Source: Candidatus Thorarchaeota archaeon (GTDB taxonomy: Archaea > Asgardarchaeota > Thorarchaeia > Thorarchaeales > Thorarchaeaceae). From it: 27,026 bases of DNA. The stretch covers positions 1-27,026 of the forward strand of contig DXJO01000009.1 of assembly GCA_019057475.1 (NCBI GenBank), written 5' to 3'. Position 1 is the first letter of the stretch, and the number at the start of each line of letters is the position of its first letter. The position numbers and the translations under genes were made by a program. The notes beneath the pieces were generated by a model that made no database searches, had not been told where the DNA came from, and was given only the letters and a program-made list of their open reading frames with translations. Shown here piece by piece: positions 1 to 10,386 of this stretch.

Positions 1-738
1 ATGCAATCTAGCAAGTCCAAGTCTTGCTCTCCCCCTGTTCTTGCTCCCTCTCTTCTTTCGTGATAGGCTCTTGGATAGTTTCCTCAGCTTTCTCAGTCTC
101 TTCTCCAGGACACGCGGATTGGAATACATGGTTCCATCAGAGAGAGTGGCCAGGGTCTTGACACCAAGGTCCACTCCTGCAGGTCCACCACTTGGAGGTT
201 CAGGGCTACCTATCTCCATCTCAACAGTCACTGATACATACCATCTGTCAGCTCTTCTGGTCACGGTGGCCGACAGGATTCGTCCTCCGAAATAACTCTC
301 TCTCTTCTCCTTGAGCCTGATTCTTCCCAGTCGTGGTAACTGAATCATTCGACCAATGAATCGGATGGTGTCAGTGAGCCTGAAACTGTCATGTATACCC
401 CGCTTCTTGAACCTGGGAAATCCCACTCTCTTCCCGGACTTCAATCCCCGATAGAAGTTCTTGAAAGATCGTTCAAGGTCTCTCAGGGCCTCCTGTGGGG
501 CACACTTGGAAACCTCGTACATCCATGGATAAGCCGTTCTCTTCAGTCGGTTCAGTTCCCTGTGTTGTGTAATAGCACTGGTAAAACGCTTCTTGTCCTG
601 ATTCTGACGGTAGAGTGCAATTCTTTGCTGCAGACCCCAGTTGTAAGCAAAACGCGCACACCCCGCATGTTGAGAGAGCCTGGTGCTCTGCTGGTTGTTT
701 GGGTCCAGTTCGTATTTGAAGGCCCTAGCAATCAGCAT
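1..738 (-). CDS. tnpB: RNA-guided endonuclease TnpB (IS607-like), 5' portion; runs off the left edge
   Basis: Hand translation from ATG at 738 gives an open 246-codon frame: MLIARAFKYELDPN...HAGCARFAYNWGL...PWMYEVSKCAPQEALRDL...GFPRFKK...IQLPRLGRIRL...RILSATVTRRADRWYVS...GVDLGVKTLATLSDG (RuvC-I). Absent from the ORF track because it has no stop in the window. No tnpA upstream. Confidence 0.95.
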   Translation of the reverse strand, partial: MLIARAFKYELDPNNQQSTRLSQHAGCARFAYNWGLQQRIALYRQNQDKKRFTSAITQHRELNRLKRTAYPWMYEVSKCAPQEALRDLERSFKNFYRGLKSGKRVGFPRFKKRGIHDSFRLTDTIRFIGRMIQLPRLGRIRLKEKRESYFGGRILSATVTRRADRWYVSVTVEMEIGSPEPPSGGPAGVDLGVKTLATLSDGTMYSNPRVLEKRLRKLRKLSKSLSRKKRGSKNRGRARLGLARLH

Positions 739-785
739 GGAACATCCACACCACTCAGTCCTGAGCAGTATGTTATAACCACCCA
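1..785 (-). mobile_element. Non-autonomous tnpB-only IS (IS607/IS1341-like); left boundary uncertain
   Basis: Only ~45 nt lie between the tnpB start and a - strand TGGG (782-785). This interval holds a TTATAA box (773-778) and a hairpin (749-770). The boundary is inferred. Confidence 0.5.
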
Positions 786-788
786 CAA

Positions 789-1762
789 ATGTCCCGGATT
801 GCACAAGTTCCTCGCAGCTGTTGCATACCCTAATAGCATTGTTCGCTCTCGTCCTCTTGGGATTGGGAGTGCCGCTAGTTGCTGCTCAAGGCAGCGGAAT
901 CCAGTACCAGCACTCAGCAGGTATTGTGACACTGGAAACAGAAGATTTGAGCCTTAGAATCACAGGCGTAAACGAGGTTCCGCACTTCCATTGGTGGGAC
1001 CGTGATAGTCCGACTGTGGACTATCATGTCATGTTTGTGAAATTCTTTGAAGTAGATGACACGAACTCAAACGGTGTGTATGATATCGACACCGATGTTA
1101 TGGTTGGCCCACCCCTTGCCCTACCAACAGCTGACTGGGAGTTCAGTGGTTTCGAATTAGAGTAAGAGGGAGACAACGTTACTGCGGTTCACTTCAACTT
1201 CACAAGTACCGAGGAGCATGAACCAAGACCGATGGACGCCGGCGAAATCTATGGCAGTCTTCCTGAGATGGACCCTTTTAATATCATGATCCAGATACGT
1301 GTTCACATCGATCTCAAGAATCCTGGCGAGATGAAGTTCGACCTCATTGTTGATGGTTGGCAGTGGACCTATGATAACACAATCTTGGTCTTTCATTTCA
1401 CCGTAACAGAGAGCAACCATAGTGTGAGTCAAGCTGGCACTGATCCGACTAATTTCCAACGCACGGGAACGAAGTTCAGTTTCGGCAATGGCTATATGGA
1501 GTACAATGAAACCGCCGTGGCTGCACAGAACACCTTGGAGGTCAAAGCCAGCTACGGTGAAGGAACGACTCTTGAAGCAGGCGAGTCTGTATACTTAGCC
1601 TTTGAGAACTTCGGAAATGAAACTCTCGAATACGACCCTATTCTCGGTATTGAGCCATACACTGCTGGAGTAGATATTCTCCTCGCCAACCTCCCATTGA
1701 TTGGTGCTGGTGTATTGGCTGTTGTCGTAATCGCAGTCATCGTTCTTAAGCTCAAGAAATAG
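789..1762 (+). pseudogene. Disrupted single-pass cell-surface glycoprotein (signal peptide, DxNxNG loop, C-terminal TM helix + KLKK)
   Basis: ORFs 821..1165 and 1232..1762 share a frame and are separated only by TAA at 1163-1165. The 66-nt gap reads EGDNVTAVHFNFTSTEEHEPRP with two N-glycosylation sequons. ATG at 789 (MSRIAQVPRS) is one base out of frame with the hydrophobic signal core. Confidence 0.75.
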
Positions 1763-1769
1763 TGTGATA

Positions 1770-1806
1770 GTGGAGGCAGATGGTATGCCTCCGCCGCCTT
1801 TTTTTT
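1770..1806 (+). terminator. Hairpin plus T-tract terminator
   Basis: GTGGAGGCA...TGCCTCCGC stem followed by a T run, just after the stop at 1762. Confidence 0.65.
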
Positions 1807-1972
1807 ACACGCATTCAGGGATTCATCAGTCAATATCATTCTCTGACATTGGTGTCAGCCCCGTGGCAGACTACATTTCCTAGCAAAGGAGTTTTACCGT
1901 AAGCTTATTGATTCGGTTCGCCTTACAACAAAAGCTACAGCTTGCGAAAATTGTGGGCGTGGAGTTGGTTCA

Positions 1973-3187
1973 ATGGTCGATTGCGATGTCATAATAGTTG
2001 GAGGTGGTCCCGCAGGATCAACTGCAGCAAGGAGAGCATCCCAAGCTGGTCTCAGTGTTGTTCTGTTCGACAAGGCTAGGTTTCCTAGATACAAGCCGTG
2101 CGCAGGGGGAATACGGTTCGATGTAGACAGTCTCCTTGACTTCGACATTAAGAGCATCGGTCAAAGAAAGATAAGCGGCGCTACGATGTTTGCGCCGTCT
2201 GGTTTTCGGGTAGATTGTATTCTTGAAGACCGATCAGTGCCAGGCAGCATCATCAAACGCGAAGACTTTGATCATCTTTTGCTGAAGAAAGCCGCAGAGG
2301 CAGGTGCTGAAATTCGGGAAGATACTCAGATTGCAAAAGCGAGAGAAGAAGAGAGCCATGTCGTAGTGACCACGAAGGAGGGTGAGGAAGTCACAGGGAT
2401 GTATCTCGTGGGTGCAGACGGCATCAATAGTATAGTGGCGAAAAGTCTAGGTTTCTACGATGGATGGCAAGGCGACTCAGCCATGGTAGCAATTGAGGTC
2501 GAAGCTGAGGTGGGTAGCACTACTGTGAGGGAGATTTGTGGTGAGCCTAGCGGATACGACGCCGACCTTCTATTATTGTACTTTGGCGGCTTGTCGCACG
2601 GTTATGCATGGTGTTTTCCAAAACGAACTGTATTGAGTCTAGGCGCATGCTGCAGACAAGACAGGGGTGGAGAGTTGAGACCAGCGTATGAGAAATGGTA
2701 TTCTGCATTCAAGGATGAGTATGGCATTGAGCCTCAAATCCTATCTGACACGGCAGCGCGGTTTCCCATCAAACGAGCCAAGAATATTGTCAAGGGTAGG
2801 ACCATCCTTGTAGGAGACGCGGCCGGTCTAGTTGATGCATTCACTGGAGAAGGAATTCCTGAGGCCATAGAATCTGGTATACTCGCATCATCTGCTCTAA
2901 ACAAAGCCGTGAAGGAAGCCAACCCCCGCTCCCTCAGGGAATATGAGAAAGACTGCAAGAGAGAGATTATCAGTGAATTGAATGCCATGGAGTTCATGGC
3001 TAACATGTTCTACAAGAGCAGGAAGAATATGGAAACTATGTGTCGCTTCTTTAGAGACGACTCACACGCAAACTTCTTGATAGCGGCTGGAATTGGGGGC
3101 TTGGTGACGAAGAAGGCACTCAGGAGAAAGATGATGCTCCGAATGGTGAGGAAAAGGCCTAGAGAAGCTATCTCACTTCTCATTTGA
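1973..3187 (+). CDS. Geranylgeranyl reductase family flavoprotein
   Basis: GGGPAG FAD motif, RYKPCAGG, R.xFD, GADG, GYAWCFP, LVGDAAG and FTGEGI motifs. Confidence 0.9.
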   Translation: MVDCDVIIVGGGPAGSTAARRASQAGLSVVLFDKARFPRYKPCAGGIRFDVDSLLDFDIKSIGQRKISGATMFAPSGFRVDCILEDRSVPGSIIKREDFDHLLLKKAAEAGAEIREDTQIAKAREEESHVVVTTKEGEEVTGMYLVGADGINSIVAKSLGFYDGWQGDSAMVAIEVEAEVGSTTVREICGEPSGYDADLLLLYFGGLSHGYAWCFPKRTVLSLGACCRQDRGGELRPAYEKWYSAFKDEYGIEPQILSDTAARFPIKRAKNIVKGRTILVGDAAGLVDAFTGEGIPEAIESGILASSALNKAVKEANPRSLREYEKDCKREIISELNAMEFMANMFYKSRKNMETMCRFFRDDSHANFLIAAGIGGLVTKKALRRKMMLRMVRKRPREAISLLI

Positions 3188-3326
3188 GAGACTAGTCTGC
3201 AGGAAATCATGATTCGACTCACGAGCTCTCATAGTCGAGCAACGGAACAATCAAAAGCCGGAGACGAGGGAACTCAACAACGCTTGGACCTGAGCGCTAT
3301 CAGAGTCAACTGGAGAGATAGAACTG

Positions 3327-5336
3327 ATGTCCCCCTCGTCTGACCTTCAAAATCGTGCGATCAATACGATTCGTTTCCTTGCTGCTGACGCTATTCAAGC
3401 CGCGAATTCAGGACACCCCGGAATGCCAATGGGTGCGGCTGCCATGGCGTATACATTATGGACGCGTCACCTTCGGCACAACCCCAAGAGCCCTAAATGG
3501 TCTGATCGCGATCGCTTCGTCCTCTCTGGGGGTCATGGCTCTGCACTTCTTTACTCGCTCCTGTACCTTACGGGATACGACCTGTCAATGAAGGACTTGA
3601 AGAACTTCCGTCAGTGGGGCAGCATTACCCCAGGACATCCTGAGTACGGTCTAACTCCAGGCGTTGAGGTCACGACTGGGCCCCTTGGCCAGGGCTTCAG
3701 CAATGCAGTTGGGATGGCGATGGCGGAAACCCATTTGGCAGCCGTCTTCAATCGACCGAAACATGGGATAGTAGACCACTACACGTACGCAATTGTGACA
3801 GACGGGGACCTAATGGAAGGCATCGCCTCTGAAGCCGCATCTCTAGCAGGGCATCTGCGGCTTGGCAAGATTGTATTTCTGTACGATGATAACAGAATTT
3901 CCATTGACGGTAGCACTGATGTTGCGTTTACGGAGAACGTGGGTGCTCGGTTCGAGGCATATGGGTGGCACATACAGCATGTTGATGATGGTAACGATGT
4001 GGACGCAATCGATAAGGCGATTGAGGAAGCAAAGAAAGACTCCCGTCCATCGTTGATTCTCTGTCGTACGCATATCGGATATGGCGCCCCTAGCAAGCAA
4101 GACACAGCAGCCTCCCATGGTTCCCCACTGGGGGATGAGGAACTTGATGGTGCCAAGAAGAACCTCGGATGGCCGACTGAACCACGTTTCCATGTTCCTG
4201 ATGATGTGCTCAAGCATTTCCGCGAGGCTGTGAAACAAGGTGCAGAGATAGAAACTGAATGGAAGTCACACTTGAATGACTACCGTAAGGCGCATCCCGC
4301 TCTTGCAGCAGAGCTGGAACGACGCATGGCGGGAAAATTACCTGATGGATGGGATATTGGCTTAGTTTCATTTCCTGCTGATCCGAAAGGCCTCGCGACA
4401 AGAGCAAGCTCGGGGAAAGTAATCAATGCACTTGCTCCACACCTACCAGAACTGATTGGCGGTTCTGCGGACCTCACCGGATCAAACAAAACGTGGATTG
4501 ATAGCTCCGACTCGTTCCAGGCTGATAGCCCTGACAATCGAAATATCTTCTTCGGAGTGCGAGAGCATGCAATGGGAGCAGCAGTGAATGGGATGGTGGC
4601 ACACGGGGGCCTGAGACCATACTCCGGCACGTTCCTGGTCTTTGCAGACTACATGCGCCCCGCAATTCGGATTTCAGCTCTGTCCAAGCACCCAAGCATC
4701 TGGATATTCACACATGATAGCATAGGCCTAGGTGAGGACGGTCCGACTCATCAGCCGATTGAACACCTCGCATCATTGCGTGCCATTCCGGGCCTCCGAG
4801 TAATTCGACCCGCAGATGCAAATGAGGTCGTTGAGGCGTGGAGAATTGCCATCCTGCATAAGGACGGTCCCACATTGCTATCATTGACCCGTCAGAATGT
4901 GCCCACTCTGGACCGCAATGCGTTCAATCCAGCAAACGGTCTTGCGAGGGGAGCATATGTCCTGCGTGACATTGGAAATGGAAACCCCCAAGTGATATTG
5001 ATGGCCTCAGGCTCAGAGGTGGAACTGATAATAGCAGCAGGAGAACAGCTGGCTTCAGAAGGCGTAACGGTGCGTCTTGTATCATTTCCGTGTTGGGAGC
5101 TATTCGAAAATCAAGACGAGGACTATAGAGAATCAGTGCTTCCGGCCCGGGTACGTGCCAAGCTCGCGGTGGAGGCAGGCGTTTCCCAGGGTTGGGAGCG
5201 ATGGGTAGGTGACCAAGGTGGAATCATCTCTATCAACCAGTTCGGTGCCTCGGCTCCAGCCAATGTGTTGTTTGAGGAATATGGGTTCACCGTGGAGAAT
5301 GTTGTGAAACAGGCTCGTCGCCTGATTAGCCATTAA
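3327..5336 (+). CDS. tkt: Transketolase (single-chain, bacterial type)
   Basis: [35 protein letters not shown] (TPP motif), FGVREH and [16 protein letters not shown]. Confidence 0.97.
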   Translation: MSPSSDLQNRAINTIRFLAADAIQAANSGHPGMPMGAAAMAYTLWTRHLRHNPKSPKWSDRDRFVLSGGHGSALLYSLLYLTGYDLSMKDLKNFRQWGSITPGHPEYGLTPGVEVTTGPLGQGFSNAVGMAMAETHLAAVFNRPKHGIVDHYTYAIVTDGDLMEGIASEAASLAGHLRLGKIVFLYDDNRISIDGSTDVAFTENVGARFEAYGWHIQHVDDGNDVDAIDKAIEEAKKDSRPSLILCRTHIGYGAPSKQDTAASHGSPLGDEELDGAKKNLGWPTEPRFHVPDDVLKHFREAVKQGAEIETEWKSHLNDYRKAHPALAAELERRMAGKLPDGWDIGLVSFPADPKGLATRASSGKVINALAPHLPELIGGSADLTGSNKTWIDSSDSFQADSPDNRNIFFGVREHAMGAAVNGMVAHGGLRPYSGTFLVFADYMRPAIRISALSKHPSIWIFTHDSIGLGEDGPTHQPIEHLASLRAIPGLRVIRPADANEVVEAWRIAILHKDGPTLLSLTRQNVPTLDRNAFNPANGLARGAYVLRDIGNGNPQVILMASGSEVELIIAAGEQLASEGVTVRLVSFPCWELFENQDEDYRESVLPARVRAKLAVEAGVSQGWERWVGDQGGIISINQFGASAPANVLFEEYGFTVENVVKQARRLISH

Positions 5337-5450
5337 TCTGTCCAAGGCTCGTCTTTAGCGTTGATGCCACCATTAAATTAGTTCGGTGCCGAATATTGCG
5401 GTATTGAGTTATTTGCAGTCAATTGGTTTTCAACATAGGAGCTGACTGGA

Positions 5451-5924
5451 TTGAAAGATATAGAGTTCCGAGAGATGGGCCTCAGATTGATGGAAAAGGC
5501 GCAGGCGGCATATCTTACGAATGTCGATGAAGATGGATTTCCACAAACCAGAGCCATGTTCAATCTCCGCAACAAGGAGAAATGGCCGATGCTGCTACCG
5601 CTCTTCGTAAATCATGACGACGATTTTATGGTCCTATTTTCCACTAACACCACCTCTACGAAGACCGTGCAGATGAAGGAGAACCCAAAGGTTTCTGTCT
5701 ATTACTGCCAGCCCGAAGAGTGGAAAGGTATGATGCTAAGTGGGGCGATAGAGATTGTGACAGATCTCAGTCTAAAGAAATCATTATGGCACGACGGCTG
5801 GGAGAGATATTATCCTAAGGGTTATGATGACCCCGATCATACTGTTCTTCGGTTGTTCCCTACAGCTGCAAAAGGTTGGAGCCAGACAAGAACATTTCAG
5901 TTCAAGATAGAAACGACCAAATGA
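5451..5924 (+). CDS. Pyridoxamine 5'-phosphate oxidase-like / general stress protein 26 family (FMN split barrel)
   Basis: DEDGFPQTRAM, FSTNTTSTK...NPKVSVYY and YYPKGYDDPD pattern. Confidence 0.8.
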   Translation: MKDIEFREMGLRLMEKAQAAYLTNVDEDGFPQTRAMFNLRNKEKWPMLLPLFVNHDDDFMVLFSTNTTSTKTVQMKENPKVSVYYCQPEEWKGMMLSGAIEIVTDLSLKKSLWHDGWERYYPKGYDDPDHTVLRLFPTAAKGWSQTRTFQFKIETTK

Positions 5925-6083
5925 TACATGCAAGAGAGGGCGGTTTCCGCATCACGAAGATTCATCATCTTTCGAGAGGAATATACTCAAGGAATGTGGT
6001 TAGAGCACACTATCTCGGTCCATGACAAGTTCAAGAGATGGTTTGATGACTTGATTGGTGAACTGGATACACTGTGAATTGTT

Positions 6084-6503
6084 CTACTCCAACGCTTTAG
6101 CACCGTTTAGGTCGCTCCACCCGATGACAAGTGGCGCGATCAGTGTCCACCCGATGGAGCAACCTATTGCCCAATGCACAAGCAAGTTCCTAGCGAAGAG
6201 CAGGTTCGTCACGAAGGCTATGACAAATGAGATGATGCCGAGATATCCTCCTTCTTTGCACGCGGATTGTAGATACCATACAGCCATGATAGAAAGTACC
6301 GAACTGATAAGCAGCAGGGGACCCCAAAGCGGCAGTTGGATTGTCCATCTTACAATGTGACCGCTAATGTATTCTCCAACTATCATCTTGAGTAGATTAG
6401 AGCCATCCATAAGTGTGATAGCCCACGCAATGAATGCCGAAATGCAAGCTACGGAAAACAAAGCGAATTGTAACACGACTAGTTTCACTATTGATGTTCG
6501 CAT
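6084..6503 (-). CDS. Hypothetical membrane protein (about 4 TM)
   Basis: 139 aa with four hydrophobic segments. Confidence 0.6.
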   Translation of the reverse strand: MRTSIVKLVVLQFALFSVACISAFIAWAITLMDGSNLLKMIVGEYISGHIVRWTIQLPLWGPLLLISSVLSIMAVWYLQSACKEGGYLGIISFVIAFVTNLLFARNLLVHWAIGCSIGWTLIAPLVIGWSDLNGAKALE

Positions 6504-6674
6504 GAAGACTCATTCCATGACTGATTATGCTCTGCCGCGAGCTTGGCTCCTGTGCATTTCACTCCCTGCTCGATTGAGCTTGGAAAGCTAATTCTCCATG
6601 CCCCTTGTCAGAGATTGATTGTGTGCCATGTGGAAAACTCTATTAAATCAATCAGTCGCTGACAAGCATCCGCG

Positions 6675-8291
6675 GTGAATGACTTGTTGGGAGAAGAAAC
6701 GATAGCTGACGACAATGTGGACTCAGTTGGGGTAGACATGCGCATTAGGATAAAGGAACTCCTAGGTAGAATTGCCACCTCCGAGCCCTCTCTAGAGGCA
6801 GCTGAACTCGCGAAACGGACCACAACTGAACTGCGTGTTGAGGACGAGGACCTCGTCAATTTCACTCTTGTCGAAGCCATGAATGTTCTGAGCCGCAGGA
6901 GATACGTGCGTGTGCCGGCTGATGAAAGAGTGCTCCTAATTCCACATTGCTTGAGAGACCCCGAACGATGCAAGGCACCAATCGATGATGAGGGATATCA
7001 CTGTCTGAAGTGCGGCGCGTGTATCATTGCAGAGATAACGCGAAAGGCTGAAGAAAAAGGAATCAAATGGTATATGATCGGAGGCGGCTCACACGCCATA
7101 AGGATCATCAAGAATGTCCGGCCCAAGGCGATACTTGGAATTGCATGCTATGATGAGGCGATGATGGCCCTTGCGAAGACTGCCGAATATGGCATTCCAA
7201 CTCAAGCAGTCTTGCTCAGGAAGGCTGGATGTATCAACACAGAGGTGGATCTTAACGATGTCTTAGCCAGTTTTGATCTCGATAATGTTGTTGCAGTATC
7301 CACGTCGAGTCCCCATACTTATGGTACCACAAGATATGTGGCGACCGTTAACTCAGCCCGTCGCTATCTGCGAAATCGCGACTTCCTGACCTACGCCTCA
7401 CAGTTGGTCCCTGAACCAGTCGGCTCTGAAACGTGGTCGCTCGCTTGGGGATATATGCGGCGCTTTGATGATATGCTTGACGCCCCGACCCTGAGTAAGA
7501 AAGCGGCCTTCAATCTTCTAGAGCAGGAACGTAGCATTGTCGAGCCGGGTTTTGCAGGTGACCTTGAGGTGTCATCCGATGCACCCATTCGCCACCGCTG
7601 GCTGGCACAGTTCTTTGACAATGAACGAAAATACTACTCGGGTGAAGCCCTGCATGTGGTGAAGGATCTGTATGAGAGTGCCTGGGGTGACGTCGAGAGG
7701 AAGGGCATCGTGCTCTCGCAGAGAGATATGGATAAGCTCACGTACAAGAAGGCCCGTTGTTTCTTCAAACTGTACTTCATCTTGGGTGATTTCGATTTAG
7801 GGGGCCATCTTGATGACTTCTCCTATCTGCTGGGCATGGGTCTTGGCATGCTCGATGATATACTAGATGTAGCACAGGACTACGAAGCAGGGTATGTGAA
7901 CATCACTCGTGAAGAGATGGAGGCGCTGGGTGTAGATCTTGAGCCTGGCGACCAGGATTTTGTGAAACAGATCATCGACGCAGGCTATATGACTCTCAAA
8001 TCAAAGAAGATACTGTCATTTATGCTCAAGGCGAGGGAGCTGACCCGCTGCATCCGGACCCCGCTTATCAGCAACTTCCTCCTACGCCTGACTGAAATCT
8101 TTGCAGCTCCAATACTGGAGGAGAGAATGGTGCCGGGCCAGCGCTATTTCTTCAAGGGCGGTCGTTTGGCAGACTTCATACTACCGGAAAACGAGTCTAT
8201 CGCCTACAAGGTTGGACATAAGTTCATCAAGTTCTTCCTCATGTATCCACAGGTGATTTCACCGTTCTTCAAACGACCCTCGAGTATTTGA
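6675..8291 (+). CDS. DUF116 domain fused to a class I isoprenoid synthase (squalene/phytoene synthase-like) domain
   Basis: N-half has LLIPHCLR...C...CLKCGAC...GGGS...ILGIAC...GCINT (DUF116). C-half has YMRRFDDMLD and GMLDDILDVAQDYEAGYVNI Asp-rich motifs. Confidence 0.75.
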   Translation: MNDLLGEETIADDNVDSVGVDMRIRIKELLGRIATSEPSLEAAELAKRTTTELRVEDEDLVNFTLVEAMNVLSRRRYVRVPADERVLLIPHCLRDPERCKAPIDDEGYHCLKCGACIIAEITRKAEEKGIKWYMIGGGSHAIRIIKNVRPKAILGIACYDEAMMALAKTAEYGIPTQAVLLRKAGCINTEVDLNDVLASFDLDNVVAVSTSSPHTYGTTRYVATVNSARRYLRNRDFLTYASQLVPEPVGSETWSLAWGYMRRFDDMLDAPTLSKKAAFNLLEQERSIVEPGFAGDLEVSSDAPIRHRWLAQFFDNERKYYSGEALHVVKDLYESAWGDVERKGIVLSQRDMDKLTYKKARCFFKLYFILGDFDLGGHLDDFSYLLGMGLGMLDDILDVAQDYEAGYVNITREEMEALGVDLEPGDQDFVKQIIDAGYMTLKSKKILSFMLKARELTRCIRTPLISNFLLRLTEIFAAPILEERMVPGQRYFFKGGRLADFILPENESIAYKVGHKFIKFFLMYPQVISPFFKRPSSI

Positions 8292-8342
8292 GGCGATGCT
8301 GCCAACAGTAAGGCATGCTCTTCACCAGTACTCGGACGCAAG

Positions 8343-8975
8343 GTGAAAATTATGATTGTTGAAATGGAGCTGTTTCCAACTCTTGAGTTGGGTTGGCTCA
8401 ACGGGTGGATTCTGATAGGCGTTCTATACGGGACATTCGGTATGTTACTCCTGCTATTTCCCAAGGCGGTGGTAGCAAGACTCTATGCATATGATAGGTC
8501 ACGATGGAGCAAGAAGCAGAGAGCATACCACGTGATAGGAAAGCTACTAATCCTTGTCAATCTCGTTCTGACAATCCTCACTCCATTGAGAGTTGGGTCT
8601 ACTGTCTTTATCCTTGGAGTGATTCTATTTGCTATCGGTTTGACTGGATTCACCATAGCTCTCCTCAATTTCAGGAACACACCTCTCAATCAGCCAATCA
8701 TCAAGGGGCTCTACAGTATATCACGCCATCCACAGGCGCTCATGCTGCTTGTCGCGGGTGTTGGGATTTCCCTTGCCATAGGCTCGTGGATTGCACTTTT
8801 CTTGTTAGTAATAGCTTCACTATTCGGTCGCTCTAGGATTCTGGTGGAAGAGCGCGCCTTGTTGGGGCAATATGGTGATTCGTACCGCGAATACATGAAA
8901 CGTGTGCCACGGTATTTCTTGGTCAAGACACGCATGAAGGAGAATAAGGAAGAGCAGAACGAGTTGAAAATATGA
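8343..8975 (+). CDS. Isoprenylcysteine carboxyl methyltransferase (ICMT/PEMT) family membrane protein
   Basis: GLYSISRHPQ, EERALLGQYGDSYREYMKRVPRY and multiple TM segments. The start may be 8352 or 8364. Confidence 0.85.
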   Translation: MKIMIVEMELFPTLELGWLNGWILIGVLYGTFGMLLLLFPKAVVARLYAYDRSRWSKKQRAYHVIGKLLILVNLVLTILTPLRVGSTVFILGVILFAIGLTGFTIALLNFRNTPLNQPIIKGLYSISRHPQALMLLVAGVGISLAIGSWIALFLLVIASLFGRSRILVEERALLGQYGDSYREYMKRVPRYFLVKTRMKENKEEQNELKI

Positions 8976-9412
8976 GCGAAGAGTTTCTTAGGATGATGGA
9001 CAAGGCACGAGAGCCAACTGAAGAAGAGATGATGAATTTCGTGGGGGAAAGGGCAGAGGAGGCGTGGACAGAGCTAAGACAGTTCATCGAGGACAACTAC
9101 GACTTTGTGCCTGAAACAGTATTCTACGGAGCAAAGTACGGATGGACGGTTCGTTACCGCAAGAGTAGCAAAACATTATGCTCGCTCTTCCCTGAGAAAG
9201 GTGGATTCACAGTCCTGATAGTTCTTGGTAAGAAGGATTCCGAGAAGGTCCTCTTAATGCGAGATGAATTGAGCACTAGAATGAATGCCATTCTGTGGAG
9301 CACAAAACAGCTACACGACGGCCGCTGGCTATGGATTAAACTGTTGACAGCAAGTGATACTGACGACATAAAGTTGCTTTTGCAGGTGAAGAGAAGGCCA
9401 AAGAAGCGTTAG
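8972..9412 (+). CDS. DUF3788 family protein
   Basis: YGWTVRYRKSSKTLCSLFP, VLIVLGKK, HDGRWLW, LLQVKRRP. ATGA overlap with the upstream gene. Confidence 0.8.
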   Translation: MSEEFLRMMDKAREPTEEEMMNFVGERAEEAWTELRQFIEDNYDFVPETVFYGAKYGWTVRYRKSSKTLCSLFPEKGGFTVLIVLGKKDSEKVLLMRDELSTRMNAILWSTKQLHDGRWLWIKLLTASDTDDIKLLLQVKRRPKKR

Positions 9413-9732
9413 TTGTCATGGCTAATGTGACTGCCAAGCTTATTTTTTGGAATGATTTCTGGGGACTCCTCGTTCCTACGGCATCAGTACGTGATGGCTT
9501 GATCCCGCAGATGTGTCGAATCTCGTTTCAAGCGACTAACGAGTATGTCGGAACCTGTCAACTGCCACAGATGTGGAGTAGGAGCGTTGATGACTTGAAC
9601 GTTCATCCAGAAGCTAAAAGGACGTGAGCCCGAACCCCATAATCCCGTTCCGACAGAGTTTTTATATCCTGAAAAGAAGCGATGGTTACCAAACCATCAA
9701 TCATGCTTACTTCGAGTGAAGATGGTGGTACT

Positions 9733-10233
9733 ATGAACAGCGAACCAAGTCCAGTTGGCTACTGCGGCCTCTATTGTGGTGCGTGTGCAATTCATCAAGG
9801 AATGATTAGGAACAGGGCCATGCAGTTGCTCGAAGTGCTAAGCGCTTATCAATTTCGAGACATCGCAAAGGAGGCTAAGGAATGGGCTCCGGAACTAGCT
9901 TACTACCTGCAGTTCGAAGAGGTGCTGCAAGCTCTGATGAAAATGTTTGGAGAATGTCCTGGCTGCTTGGCAGGTGGGGGACCACCAGTCTGTGTGATTC
10001 GAGATTGTTGCAAGAAGAACGGATTCTCCACGTGTGCGGAGTGCGACAAGATGCCTTGCGACAAACTGGAACCACAAATCCAATGTTACCGAGGGCATCT
10101 GGATATGCTCAGTAGAATCAAGGAGATAGGAGAAAACAAGTGGGCAAAGGAAATGGCACAGAAGGTTAGAAGGGGGTTCTCTTATGTCGAAGTCATGTCG
10201 GGGAGTGAGGTACGGACAGATGACCAAGACTAG
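9733..10233 (+). CDS. DUF3795 family Cys-rich protein
   Basis: GYCGLYCGAC...CPGC...CVIRDCC...TCAEC...PC. Start placed at ATG 9733; the track starts at 9682. Confidence 0.8.
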   Translation: MNSEPSPVGYCGLYCGACAIHQGMIRNRAMQLLEVLSAYQFRDIAKEAKEWAPELAYYLQFEEVLQALMKMFGECPGCLAGGGPPVCVIRDCCKKNGFSTCAECDKMPCDKLEPQIQCYRGHLDMLSRIKEIGENKWAKEMAQKVRRGFSYVEVMSGSEVRTDDQD

Positions 10234-10386
10234 AGCAGTTTCTAGCATCCAGCTACAACTACCCGCTTTCTAGGGAAGTTGATGAATGTTGTGGGAATCC
10301 CATCTCGCAGGGCCGCGCCGTTTCCAGCCTAAACCGTTGCACCGAATTCCAAGGGGCCTTCACTCCATTGATCGTTTGCACAGACA

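Noticed and set aside
758-772. 12/15 similarity between the tnpB upstream hairpin and the array repeat core
   Set aside because: Short, with mismatches in the palindromic core; compatible with chance.
41-957. + strand ORFs 41..295 and 391..957 and other short ORFs overlapping called genes
   Set aside because: Antisense or alternate-frame shadows of well-supported genes with no recognisable motifs.
1163-1165. Genome-wide stop-codon reassignment or Sec/Pyl readthrough
   Set aside because: TAA terminates bona fide genes here (for example tkt and doc), and Sec/Pyl use TGA/TAG.
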